In this document: positions 20,943-31,218 of the stretch, piece by piece | Position numbering within the stretch: the stretch's first letter is position 1 | Layout: each line of letters begins with the position of its first letter | Source of the DNA: an uncultured Bacillota bacterium | Lineage (GTDB): Bacteria > Bacillota_I > Bacilli_A > RF39 > UBA660 | NCBI GenBank assembly: GCA_945867665.1 | Contig: CAMBIR010000001.1 | Span: forward strand, 168,578-232,577 | Reading direction: 5' to 3' | Length of the DNA stretch: 64,000 nucleotides | Position numbers and translations under genes: made by a program | Notes under the pieces: generated by a model | Databases searched by the model: none | Seen by the model: only the letters and a program-made list of their open reading frames with translations | Told to the model about the DNA's origin: nothing

Positions 20943-22439
20943 ATGCAATTAAAAGAATTATTAAAAGATATTCCTTATCAGTTAGTAAGGGGAAATTTAG
21001 AGGTAGAAATTAAAGACATTTGCTATGACTCCAGAGATTATCAAAAAAAGGATGTTTTTGTTTGCTTAGTAGGAATTGATACGGATGGACATCAATATAT
21101 TGAAGATGTTATCAAGAAAGGCTGTCAAGTCATTATTACTTCTAAGGAAGTTGATGTTAATGATAATGATATTACGATAATTAGAGTTGATGATACTAGA
21201 AGAAAATTACCCTATTTAAGTGCAAATTTGTTTCATCATCCAGCGGATAAATTAATTAAGATTGCAATTACAGGAACCAAAGGAAAAACATCTACTTCTT
21301 GGATGATAAAAAATATTTTAGAAGCCGCACAAGAAAAGGTTGGTGTTATTGGAACGATTGGTACTATTATTGATGGAAAAATTACAAGTCATAAAAATAC
21401 AACGCCTGAATCTTATCTGGTCCAAAAATATATGCGAAAGATGGTTAATGCAGGGGTAAAATACTTAATTATGGAAGCATCTAGTCAAGCATTATGGGTA
21501 GGGAGAATTCAAAATATTGTTTTTGATTATGGAATATTTACAAACTTATCGATTGACCACGTTGGTCCTAGGGAACATGCTTCTTATGACGATTATGCAA
21601 ATTCTAAAGCACTACTTTTTAAGCAATGTAAGGTAGGTATTTTTAATCAAGATGATATGGAATTTACCCGAATGACTAAAGAGGCTACTTGTGAGATACT
21701 TACTTATGGGAAAAAGAAGGAAAGCAACTTAATGATAAAAGAAGTCTCTCCTATTCATGAAAATGACTTTTTAGGAACAAAGTTACAAACAGAAGGGGTT
21801 ATCCAAGATGATTTTCTAATTTCTTCACCAGGGGATTTTTCAGCCTATAATGCAGCCGCGGCAATTTTACTTGCGAATACGCTTAAAATTAATATCCGCT
21901 ATATTAAAGAAGGACTTCAAACTTTTCAAGTTCCAGGACGATTACAAATTTTTAATATCGATAATCGTTTTAAAGTTGTGATTGATTTTGCTCACAATAA
22001 GCTTAGTATGGAAAGCGTTATTCAAACCATGCGAAAGTATAGAGTTAACCGGATTATTACACTTTTTGGATGTGGGGGCGGAAGAAGTTATGACAGAAGA
22101 GTTGAATTAGGGTGCATTTCTGGAAAATTAGCGGATTTATCCATTATCACAACGGACAATCCTAGGTGGGATGATGTTCATTTAATTAATGCTGATATCA
22201 AAAAAGGAATAGAATCAGTAGGAGGAAAATATTTGATTATTGAAGATAGAAAAGAAGCAATTTTATATGCCCTAAATCATGCAAAAGAAAGAGATGTCAT
22301 TCTCCTTCTTGGAAAAGGACATGAGAATTTTCAAGAAATTAAGGGGATAAAATATGATTTTAATGAAACAGAAATTATAAAGACGTATTTAAAGGGGGAA
22401 AACGCAAATGATGAATCAATTAAATTATCTAAATTATAA
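20943..22439 (+). CDS. murE: UDP-MurNAc-L-Ala-D-Glu--meso-DAP ligase
   Basis: ITGTKGKTS, NTTPES, MEASS, VPGRL, DFAHN, FGCGG, DNPR, GKGHE. Confidence 0.92.
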   Translation: MQLKELLKDIPYQLVRGNLEVEIKDICYDSRDYQKKDVFVCLVGIDTDGHQYIEDVIKKGCQVIITSKEVDVNDNDITIIRVDDTRRKLPYLSANLFHHPADKLIKIAITGTKGKTSTSWMIKNILEAAQEKVGVIGTIGTIIDGKITSHKNTTPESYLVQKYMRKMVNAGVKYLIMEASSQALWVGRIQNIVFDYGIFTNLSIDHVGPREHASYDDYANSKALLFKQCKVGIFNQDDMEFTRMTKEATCEILTYGKKKESNLMIKEVSPIHENDFLGTKLQTEGVIQDDFLISSPGDFSAYNAAAAILLANTLKINIRYIKEGLQTFQVPGRLQIFNIDNRFKVVIDFAHNKLSMESVIQTMRKYRVNRIITLFGCGGGRSYDRRVELGCISGKLADLSIITTDNPRWDDVHLINADIKKGIESVGGKYLIIEDRKEAILYALNHAKERDVILLLGKGHENFQEIKGIKYDFNETEIIKTYLKGENANDESIKLSKL

Positions 22440-23886
22440 AGAAAGATTAGAATCTTTATTAGAAAATCCTTTATTAAAGGAGTATGGAATAAAAAAATAT
22501 ACCATTGGAAAAACTAATTATGCTTATGATTTTGACTATCTTACTGTTGGCTATGGAGAAAAGGATATCTTCTTAGTTGGGGGAACTCATGGTAGTGAAG
22601 TAATTAGTACTGATTTTATTTTACAACTTTTATCATCCTTACCTACTCTAGAACATTTTGACCCTAATGTTTTTACTTTAAAGATTATTCCTTTACAAAA
22701 TCCGGAAGGGTATGATATTTCAACAGCAACTTTTTCATCGATTGATTTTTTAAATTTTGAAGATAAAGCTTATGAATACTATTTAAGATATCGGGCTGAT
22801 AATATTATTTATACCGCTATTCAAGAATTGGTTCGGGTTACTTTTGAAGTTCCTAATGATATTATGGAAGATGTCTTACAAAGACTTAAAAACTTTACTT
22901 TGCATAATGAAAAATGGCTAAGATTAAAACAAAATAGAGTTTTTCCTAAGATTGATGAATTTAACCATGCTATTCAAGAAATTGAAGATATTTCTAGTAA
23001 GGAAGAATTATGTGGAGAACTCATTATGCATCTAAAACAAATAGAAAATAGACTTAACCTCTCTTCTGTTCAAGATAAAATGTACTTTTTCTTTTTAAAT
23101 GCGTTAGAGGAAGTTTTTATTCAAATGCTAATGGAAAGAAAGAGAAAAATTGTTTTTCCTAAGTTATATCAAGATATGTTTAAAGAACATGGATTTCATG
23201 GATTACAAAGTAAAGAGTTAGAGAAGGATATCGAAAGTATTTATAAAATTTATCATCATCCTTTAGGAAGTCAAATTAATTTTGATGCGAATGGTAGTGG
23301 AGTTAATTTAAATGCCAATCATTTGCATAGTATTGGAATGGAAGCTTATCAAAAACATGAAGTGTTTTATGGGCTATCTCCTAAAGATAATATTCAAAAA
23401 TATGTTCCTGGACCAATTGGAACTTCTTGTTTAAATTATCATAATTTTACTTATGCGGTTGAAAATATTTTTCTAGAAAATTTAATTAAAGAATCTTTTT
23501 ATCAAGGAAGATACGAGATGACTTTTCTCTACCACTCTTCTGGCGGAATGATTTATTATAAGCCATATCAAGATTTAATGAAGAAAGAGGCTTATTTTGA
23601 TTTTTATCAGTATAATCAAACACTTGCTGAAATTTACGAGAGAAGTACAAATTATCAAATATTAGAAGAAAGTAGTACTACTGGATATGGAGATTATTTA
23701 AGAAGAACATACCCTGGGGTATTATTGATAGAACTTTCAAAAATGGGAGGAAATCCCCTAGGTCCATATGGTGATAAGAGCAATACAATAAGAGTATTTG
23801 AAGAAAATAATGCAGCGATAAATGAGGTATTTCATTATTTAAAAAAGAAAAAGAGAAAAATAAAGAGAAAGGATAATAATGCCTAG
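22408..23886 (+). CDS. M14-family zinc carboxypeptidase-fold protein with large insertion
   Basis: GGTHGSE (HxxE), IIPLQNPEG, GVNLNAN, YHSSG and IEL motifs. Confidence 0.7.
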   Translation: MMNQLNYLNYKERLESLLENPLLKEYGIKKYTIGKTNYAYDFDYLTVGYGEKDIFLVGGTHGSEVISTDFILQLLSSLPTLEHFDPNVFTLKIIPLQNPEGYDISTATFSSIDFLNFEDKAYEYYLRYRADNIIYTAIQELVRVTFEVPNDIMEDVLQRLKNFTLHNEKWLRLKQNRVFPKIDEFNHAIQEIEDISSKEELCGELIMHLKQIENRLNLSSVQDKMYFFFLNALEEVFIQMLMERKRKIVFPKLYQDMFKEHGFHGLQSKELEKDIESIYKIYHHPLGSQINFDANGSGVNLNANHLHSIGMEAYQKHEVFYGLSPKDNIQKYVPGPIGTSCLNYHNFTYAVENIFLENLIKESFYQGRYEMTFLYHSSGGMIYYKPYQDLMKKEAYFDFYQYNQTLAEIYERSTNYQILEESSTTGYGDYLRRTYPGVLLIELSKMGGNPLGPYGDKSNTIRVFEENNAAINEVFHYLKKKKRKIKRKDNNA

Positions 23887-24868
23887 TTCTATTACTCATG
23901 CTTATTTTGCTCGTGAAGTTTATACCTCTCTTCCAGTAAAATATAAAAATAAAATCAATTCTAATACAGGGGAACTTGAATTATTTGCTCAAGGGTCTGA
24001 TCCTTTTATGTTTTACCAATTTTTTATTGGTTGGAATGCAGAAATAGGAAAAAAATTGCAACATCAAATGCATACTTCTAAGACTAGAGATTTTTTTCTT
24101 CAAGTCATCAAAAAAATTCATGACAAGAATTTAAAAAATAACAAAAGTGCAATGGCGTTTTTATATGGATATATTTGTCATTATTATTTAGATCTAATGA
24201 CTCATCCCTTTATTGGCTACCAGGCTGGTAACTTTAGGCGTGATGATAAGAGGACTTATCCTTATAATACCCTTCATCAAAAAATTGAATACCGAATAGA
24301 TAGTTATATTATTTTAGAGAAATTAAAAAAGAATCCTAAAACTTTCAAGGGATATCAATATCTTTTTAAAAGTTGTAAACTAAATAATGTAGTTAAAAAG
24401 ATGATGGATGAGGTGTTAAGAGAAGTTTATTCTTTTGACCAAGCATCTTTTTATTATCAAAAAGCAATTTACCAAATGCGATTATTTTGGAAATATATCA
24501 ATTATGATTTTACGGGAATAAAACATCTTATTTATACTGGAGTGGATAAAGTTACCCCAAAGTATATGGTTAGGTTGGAAGAATTATCTTTTCACACGAA
24601 ATCATCAGGAGAAGAATACTTAAATTTAGGCCATGAAAAGTGGTGTTTTCCATGGGATAATAGTACTTATCAAGAGACTTCCTTTTTTGATTTATTTGAA
24701 ATAGCTAAAGAAAAGGCAATAAATACAATTATGGAAGTTACAGATATGATTGATGAGGAAAAAATTGATGTAAAAAGACTAAAGGAGCTATTTCCTAATT
24801 TATCCTATGCAACAGGACTAGATTGTAAAAAAGAAGTAAAATATCAGTATTTTAAGGAAGTGAATTAA
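23879..24868 (+). CDS. Zinc-dependent phospholipase C-fold family protein
   Basis: MPSSITHAYF N-terminus, GSDPF, GYICHYYLD..HP, H..IE. Confidence 0.8.
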   Translation: MPSSITHAYFAREVYTSLPVKYKNKINSNTGELELFAQGSDPFMFYQFFIGWNAEIGKKLQHQMHTSKTRDFFLQVIKKIHDKNLKNNKSAMAFLYGYICHYYLDLMTHPFIGYQAGNFRRDDKRTYPYNTLHQKIEYRIDSYIILEKLKKNPKTFKGYQYLFKSCKLNNVVKKMMDEVLREVYSFDQASFYYQKAIYQMRLFWKYINYDFTGIKHLIYTGVDKVTPKYMVRLEELSFHTKSSGEEYLNLGHEKWCFPWDNSTYQETSFFDLFEIAKEKAINTIMEVTDMIDEEKIDVKRLKELFPNLSYATGLDCKKEVKYQYFKEVN

Positions 24869-25270
24869 ATGAATGTTCATCTATTAGAAGAAAAAGATTT
24901 AGAAAAAGCTTATCAAATTTATGGAGAATGTTTTGAAAAAATGAGTTTTAATCATTCTTATACTATGAGAGAAAATGTACTTGGTTTATACCTTGATAAT
25001 AAGTTAATTGGATTGTGTCAAATTAATTTTATTGATAATATTTTTGAAGGAAAAAGAATTGCTTATCTCAATAGCTTTTGTATCGAAAAATCATGTCAAC
25101 ATAAAGGCTATGGGGACTATTTTTTTAAAAAAGTGATTCAATATTGTAAAGAAAAAGGGGCAAATAAAATAAATTTAACCTCAAATAAAAATAGAATATA
25201 TGCCCATAAACTTTATCAAAAGAATGATTTTAATGTAATTGATACTATTTTTCTCAATAAAGATATTTAA
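24869..25270 (+). CDS. GNAT family N-acetyltransferase
   Basis: QHKGYG acetyl-CoA motif, AHKLYQKNDF. Confidence 0.85.
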   Translation: MNVHLLEEKDLEKAYQIYGECFEKMSFNHSYTMRENVLGLYLDNKLIGLCQINFIDNIFEGKRIAYLNSFCIEKSCQHKGYGDYFFKKVIQYCKEKGANKINLTSNKNRIYAHKLYQKNDFNVIDTIFLNKDI

Positions 25271-25278
25271 AAAGGAAC

Positions 25279-25659
25279 TTACTGTAACTTAAAGTAAATT
25301 CCTTTTTTTATTAGTTTTTCTGAAGAATTATAATCCATAGGATAGTAACCTTCTTTTAGTAATCTTTCAATTACTAATAAATTATAATTACATGCGAATA
25401 ATAGATTAATCATAAATATCATTATAATACAAAGAAGGAGCAATAGTACCATTGGAATTGGAGCTAAAATGATGAGTAAAATACATATTGCTAATTGTAA
25501 GGAAAACATAATTCCAAAAAAACGCATGTCCCCTTTTTTAAAAGGGTACATAAACCCCATATATAATATTTCTTTAGTAAACCCATAATCACACTCTACA
25601 CATGGTCTTACATCATCATATTTTAAATATACTTTTTCCATTTTCTTCACCTTTTCCAC
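25279..25659 (-). CDS. Small membrane protein (DUF2628-like)
   Basis: YGF...YPFKKGD, two TM helices, YN...LLKEGY. Confidence 0.55.
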   Translation of the reverse strand: MEKVKKMEKVYLKYDDVRPCVECDYGFTKEILYMGFMYPFKKGDMRFFGIMFSLQLAICILLIILAPIPMVLLLLLCIIMIFMINLLFACNYNLLVIERLLKEGYYPMDYNSSEKLIKKGIYFKLQ

Positions 25660-25668
25660 TTTCTTGCC

Positions 25669-26499
25669 CTAAGAAACGATTTTATTCTTAGTTAAAAATT
25701 TCTTTATTTTCGCCTCTTCTCTGCTTGATGTATAATCAATAACTTTACCATTATTCATAATATACATCATAGGAATAGGATTTTCATCAAAGATATCTTT
25801 GTTAATTAATTTTAATATTTTTTCATAATCTGCATTATAATTTCCTCTACCATAGAAAGATAAAAGATATGAGAAATCATATTTTTTTGCGAGTTCTCTC
25901 ACTTTTTTCCTTAAGTCATAGCTTTGGGTAGAATAATTATAAATAATGACCAATTTATTTTTTTCTTCATTAATATAATCATCTAGAGTATTATTCTCTA
26001 ATTTTTCAGAAGAAATCTTATTAATCATTTTTTCATGATTATCCTCTTCAATAAATTGATTGTTGATTAAAAACTCTTTTAAATATTCTTCATAGGTTAG
26101 TCGATTTAATGCGGCTACTGCTTTACCATCTTTAATAAAAATAATAGCAGGAGTTTGATAATAATCTTTTCTATCATCAACATACTTTATCACATTATAA
26201 TAATACTCACTAGACATTTTTAACTCATCAATCGTATAAATATCCAAATCATATATTTCCTTATAATACTGAATCATAACATCCACATCACTACATAAAA
26301 AACATTCTTCCCCACTATTATTTAAATAAAGTAAAAAAGTATCCTTATTCTCTATTTTATCAACAAACTTATTATATATATTTTGATTAAATTTTAACTC
26401 TTTTTTTTGTTCATTTTTAATCAATAAAACAATTCCACCTATCAATAACATTATAAAAACTGTAATTAAAATTATCGTTATTCTAATTCTTTTATTCAT
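25669..26499 (-). CDS. Membrane-anchored protein with tandem thioredoxin-like folds
   Basis: N-terminal TM; CFLC and TPAIIFIKDGK in domain 1; PMMYIMNNGKVID in domain 2. Confidence 0.65.
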   Translation of the reverse strand: MNKRIRITIILITVFIMLLIGGIVLLIKNEQKKELKFNQNIYNKFVDKIENKDTFLLYLNNSGEECFLCSDVDVMIQYYKEIYDLDIYTIDELKMSSEYYYNVIKYVDDRKDYYQTPAIIFIKDGKAVAALNRLTYEEYLKEFLINNQFIEEDNHEKMINKISSEKLENNTLDDYINEEKNKLVIIYNYSTQSYDLRKKVRELAKKYDFSYLLSFYGRGNYNADYEKILKLINKDIFDENPIPMMYIMNNGKVIDYTSSREEAKIKKFLTKNKIVS

Positions 26500-26512
26500 T
26501 TCTAAATCCTTT

Positions 26513-29500
26513 CTATATTTTTACTTTAATATGAAGACGGTAATATACCGCCCTACTACTATCAGTAATAGAATAGATACTATAAGTAAGACAACTTCCA
26601 CCTGTAGAAAAATTTGCATTAAAGGTACCAGTTTTATTTGAAAAGCTAACAGTTCCTGCATACCAATACGTTCTTTTACTATCACTATAGGATCTAGCGT
26701 TGTCAGTAGTTCCAGAAAAATGGTGCACATACTTGTATGCAGTTGAACTCTTAGCCGTAAAAGTTACCGTATTTTTCCCGTGATAGTCTCCACCACATGC
26801 ATATAAATTTACAATCTTAGCTTGATAATTATTATACGATCCATCATTTTGTCTTACTTTATATTTAAATAATGCGGAAGTTCCACTTCCTTGTGACTTG
26901 AAAACGGTACGATTATCTGAAGCGATTAATGTTTTTGTAACCGTATAACTGCCACTTGGGATAGGGAAAGTGGATTGATCATTTCCTAGTGAAAGAGCGT
27001 TTGGTCCATAATAACTAGTTGTATTTACTGCAATATTTTTAGCCTCATATGGTAAATTTGAACCTAAAACTCCTTCTCTATTACTTGAACGTTCCCCCCA
27101 TGATAAATTTGTCGAAGAATAACCATATTGTGGATCAGCAAACGGTGTATATACCCAACCACTAGCATACCAAAAAGCATTTCCACCATCAAAACCATTT
27201 AAACCACCATTAGAATCAATCGTAGTTATTAATCCAGCATTTTTTTCTGTTAATAAAGTTCCAGAGCCAAAATAATCACCAACAAGTTTGTTATAAGCCT
27301 CATTATAAGTACCAGAAGAAGGAGAAGTAGTTCTTAAAGTCAAATCACAAGTACTTCCATCATTTGAATTAGTATACCAATTATATCCTGCATAACTAGT
27401 GGTTTGACCAGCACTTGCACAACTAAAGTTTCTAGACCAATGTGCATAAAAAGTAAAATTACCTGCCGTCCAAGTCCAATTTCCAGAAAATTTACTTCCT
27501 CCACTTGCTGCCGAATACCATCCATCAAATTTATATCCCGTTCTAGTGGGAACATAACTATCCAAATTATAAGTATTTCCATATATTGCTGTCCAAGTCG
27601 AAGGTGTATTTCCATATTCTGTACCACCATTTAAATTCATCGTCGCTGTATATGAACTTGCAATCCAACCAGCATAAAAAGTAGTATCTTCATTTAAATT
27701 AACAGAATCTGCAGTTGTGTAACTGGCTACTCTTCTTCCTTCTCCCATTCCATATTTTATCCAGTGGTCATACAATTTTCTTTGATCTGTTCCAAAAGCA
27801 TTTTTTAAATCAGGATATTTATCAGAGTAATAATTTAATGGATAACTCTTATAAGTATTGTCATACCATCCAACAAAAGTATAGCCCAATCTTGTTGGAT
27901 TATCGACGAAAGTATTATAGGTAGATCCATTTGTATATGATTTTGTTTGAACTTTCGTGATATTCACTTTGACTTTATAATTGTTGAAAACATTCGAATT
28001 GGCAGCATTTCCCACCCATAACCAAACTTGAAGTACTGATCCTTCTGAGGCCGCAGTAGAAGATACAGTTAATGTATTACTTCTGTTTCCTGAATCAGGG
28101 TATCCAACATCAGCATTATTTCTTGTTGATAAATCTGCCGGCCCAGTTTTTTTTATATCAGTAGCAATACATCCACCATTACTAGATGTATGTGTTCCTG
28201 AAATATAATCTAGAGTAATTTTGTATTGCTCACCACTACTAAAGCTTTGACCGCCAAAATTCATTAATATAATACTTGCTGACTGTGTACCGTTTAAAGT
28301 TAGATAAGAAGTATTAGCATCATAAGTAATTGTTAGGCCACCTTCAGTTCTATTATAAGTTGAAAATTTATTTCCGTTAAAGGTTACATTTACTGCGGTT
28401 TCTGTCCAGTGAGCATAATAAGTAGTATCTGCTGATGGTACGTTAGTTGAAGAAGATATTTGAGTTCCGTTAGAAGATGATGTATACCATCCATCAAGGG
28501 TATAATTTGGTCTACTTGTCGATAGTAAATCGCCAATTGCTTCACCATAAGTTTTGGAAACAGCACTAGATATTCTTATATTTCCCAATTTTAGTGTTGT
28601 AGTAACACCATCTGCTGCCATTCCAAAATTAAAGGCAAAATATACTGTACTACCGGTACCGCTAAAGGTAAGGTTTTTTGTTACCTTACTAGTTGTTGCT
28701 GAAGTTTGAATATTACCACTTGCAATTGCATTAGCGGAATTATCAGTATCATTAATGCTTCTTAATATTTGATATCCTACTCCATTATATCCAGATAATG
28801 CAGTATAAGCACTAGGTACTTCATAATCAAAACTTAATTGATATTCTCTTCCATTTATTGTACCAATCGGCAAATATAATATTTCCCAACCACTAGCTCC
28901 TGCAACTGCTACTGTATTCATATTTGAAGAACTATCATAAGTAATAGAAAATCTAGGTTGATATTGAAAATTCCAATTACGCATATCATCTTTTTGATAA
29001 TTTTCGTTAAATGTAAGTTTGTAAGTATTTGGTGTCCAGTGAGCATAGATTGTCGTATCAGAACTTGCTATTGTACTAGAAGTTATTTTTGTACCTCCGT
29101 TAAGTGATGTATACCATCCTTCAAATTTGTACCCTGTTTTAGTTGGTTCACAAAGTGATCCATAAGTAGAACCATTTGCTACTGTTTTAGGACTACAACT
29201 ACTTCCTCCATTACTATCATAAGTTATTGTATAATTTAATTTTTTCCATTTGGCATATACCGTAGTGTCATTGTAAATTTGATAAGTATCTCCAGGATTA
29301 CCAATTTTATTTTTAAAATTTTTATCACTATACCATCCTAAGAACTCACTTCCCTCTTTAGTTGTTGATGGTAAAGTGACTTTGGCATCTTCCCATTTTG
29401 CGTATAAATTGACATTTTCATTTGTTTTAACAATGGTAGTAGCATCTACTTTGGTTGTATATTTTTTTTCTAAATACCAACCTAAAAAATTATAGTTTAT

Positions 29501-30409
29501 TGTCTTTTTATTGGAGGTATCAGCTAATAATTTGATTTTATTTTTTGATGTTGAACTATCATTTTTGATATTAGTAATATTATTTCCACCATCAGTATCA
29601 AATGTTACAGTGCTTGTTTTAGTAGGTGTTGGCAATTCTCCAAAAGCCGAACCAGATATTACATATTTTTTTTCTGAAGTAGAAACCGTACCACCATTTA
29701 GGTTATAATTTACGGCATATCTGTTACTACAACCTGAACTAGCAGCAGAAGAGGAGGGATTTCTCGTTAGTTCTTTTTTGCTTTCAGTATATAGTTCTAC
29801 TTCTATCTTTCCATCTAGAGTTTTTTTCATTAAATTAGATTGATCTGTAACATTAGTACAATTACTGATATCACTATCTTGACAACTGTCACTTATCCAC
29901 ATATAGAAATTATAATTATCGTATCCTGTTTCGTTTTCATCATATTTTGGAAGATCTTGTTGAATTGTCGTTAATAAAAATCTTCCATTATCGTCAATTG
30001 TATCAAATTTATAATCTAGGGAACCTTCAGATAACTTTGTTCCGTTTTTTACTAATTTCCATTTCACATAAGGACTAAGTAAATCACAGTTCACCTCTAA
30101 ATCCTTTAGGGCAATATCATAAATAATATTATCATTATTATTAGTACTTGCTCCTCCTACAGTAAAATCTATCTTAATCACATTCTCTTCATTTTTTTCT
30201 ACTTCACTATCTAAAATAGGAACTAAATCTAAGTTACTAGCATCAAATTCAGTATTCCCATAGGCTTTTTCGTCAATCCGAACAATGCCTGTTGTAAGAC
30301 CTAGTGAAATATTAGCACTTGATATAGCATAAGTAAAACCAAGTCCAATTAAAATAATTACAATGATATATATCATTAATATTCTTTTATCTTGAAAAAT
30401 AGTTTTCAT
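26513..30409 (-). CDS. Large surface protein with InlB B-repeats (Flg_new/Listeria-Bacteroides repeats) and inserted beta-sandwich domains
   Basis: N-terminal TM ending GFTYA; six (P)T(K/R)xGYxFxGWY...YAxW units; AGGAGG RBS. Confidence 0.85.
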   Translation of the reverse strand: MKTIFQDKRILMIYIIVIILIGLGFTYAISSANISLGLTTGIVRIDEKAYGNTEFDASNLDLVPILDSEVEKNEENVIKIDFTVGGASTNNNDNIIYDIALKDLEVNCDLLSPYVKWKLVKNGTKLSEGSLDYKFDTIDDNGRFLLTTIQQDLPKYDENETGYDNYNFYMWISDSCQDSDISNCTNVTDQSNLMKKTLDGKIEVELYTESKKELTRNPSSSAASSGCSNRYAVNYNLNGGTVSTSEKKYVISGSAFGELPTPTKTSTVTFDTDGGNNITNIKNDSSTSKNKIKLLADTSNKKTINYNFLGWYLEKKYTTKVDATTIVKTNENVNLYAKWEDAKVTLPSTTKEGSEFLGWYSDKNFKNKIGNPGDTYQIYNDTTVYAKWKKLNYTITYDSNGGSSCSPKTVANGSTYGSLCEPTKTGYKFEGWYTSLNGGTKITSSTIASSDTTIYAHWTPNTYKLTFNENYQKDDMRNWNFQYQPRFSITYDSSSNMNTVAVAGASGWEILYLPIGTINGREYQLSFDYEVPSAYTALSGYNGVGYQILRSINDTDNSANAIASGNIQTSATTSKVTKNLTFSGTGSTVYFAFNFGMAADGVTTTLKLGNIRISSAVSKTYGEAIGDLLSTSRPNYTLDGWYTSSSNGTQISSSTNVPSADTTYYAHWTETAVNVTFNGNKFSTYNRTEGGLTITYDANTSYLTLNGTQSASIILMNFGGQSFSSGEQYKITLDYISGTHTSSNGGCIATDIKKTGPADLSTRNNADVGYPDSGNRSNTLTVSSTAASEGSVLQVWLWVGNAANSNVFNNYKVKVNITKVQTKSYTNGSTYNTFVDNPTRLGYTFVGWYDNTYKSYPLNYYSDKYPDLKNAFGTDQRKLYDHWIKYGMGEGRRVASYTTADSVNLNEDTTFYAGWIASSYTATMNLNGGTEYGNTPSTWTAIYGNTYNLDSYVPTRTGYKFDGWYSAASGGSKFSGNWTWTAGNFTFYAHWSRNFSCASAGQTTSYAGYNWYTNSNDGSTCDLTLRTTSPSSGTYNEAYNKLVGDYFGSGTLLTEKNAGLITTIDSNGGLNGFDGGNAFWYASGWVYTPFADPQYGYSSTNLSWGERSSNREGVLGSNLPYEAKNIAVNTTSYYGPNALSLGNDQSTFPIPSGSYTVTKTLIASDNRTVFKSQGSGTSALFKYKVRQNDGSYNNYQAKIVNLYACGGDYHGKNTVTFTAKSSTAYKYVHHFSGTTDNARSYSDSKRTYWYAGTVSFSNKTGTFNANFSTGGSCLTYSIYSITDSSRAVYYRLHIKVKI

Positions 30410-30559
30410 AATTACCTCCTATTTTATTATTTATTCATTAAAATTATATCAAAATTTTGAAGAAATGTCATTAGATTTTTTCTTCTTTTTCTTAACTTTT
30501 AGAAAAAGGGAAATTGATAATAAAAGCAATAAAAACATATAATAAAATAGGTGAGGGAA

Positions 30560-31216
30560 ATGAAGCAATACAAAACTTTAATGATGGCTCTATTTCTTTT
30601 TAGTATTTTGTGTTTTTCAAGAGTAAATGCAATGACTCATGATTATACTCTTTTAGGAAAAACAATCTACATTGACCCAGGACATGGTGGTCCCGATTCA
30701 GGAGCTATTTCTAAAAATTTTTATGAAAAAGAGATGAATTTAGTTCTTTCTAAAAAGTTAGGAAAATACTTATCTGAAAAAGGGGCTTTGGTTTATTACA
30801 CAAGAGATGGAGACTATGATTTGGCAAAAAGTAAAAATAACAGAAAGCGAAATGATTTATATGCAAGAGTGAAATTAATTAACAATTCTAAGTGTGATTT
30901 ATACATATCAATGCATTTAAATGCCAGTCCTAGTCGAAAATGGAATGGAATTCAAATTTTTTACAGTAATGTTTTAAAGGAAAATAAAAAAGTTGCTGAA
31001 GTTATTACAAATACCATGAAAGAAAACATGAAAAATGTAAGGGAGTATAAAAAAGAAAATGGCTACTACATGTACTCTAAGTTAAATGTACCTGGAGTAT
31101 TAGTAGAAGCCGGTTTTGTTAGTAATCCTAATGACAATTATAAAATTAGACAAGAGGAATACCAAGATATTTTAGTTAAAAATATTGCCAAAGGAGTTGA
31201 AGTATATTTTAGTTAA
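30560..31216 (+). CDS. cwlD: Germination-specific N-acetylmuramoyl-L-alanine amidase CwlD (amidase_3)
   Basis: IYIDPGHGGPD, EKEMNL, TRDGDYDL, ISMHLNA, LVEAGFVSN; CATATAAT sigmaE-like -10 at 30536-43. Confidence 0.8.
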   Translation: MKQYKTLMMALFLFSILCFSRVNAMTHDYTLLGKTIYIDPGHGGPDSGAISKNFYEKEMNLVLSKKLGKYLSEKGALVYYTRDGDYDLAKSKNNRKRNDLYARVKLINNSKCDLYISMHLNASPSRKWNGIQIFYSNVLKENKKVAEVITNTMKENMKNVREYKKENGYYMYSKLNVPGVLVEAGFVSNPNDNYKIRQEEYQDILVKNIAKGVEVYFS

Positions 31217-31218
31217 AC

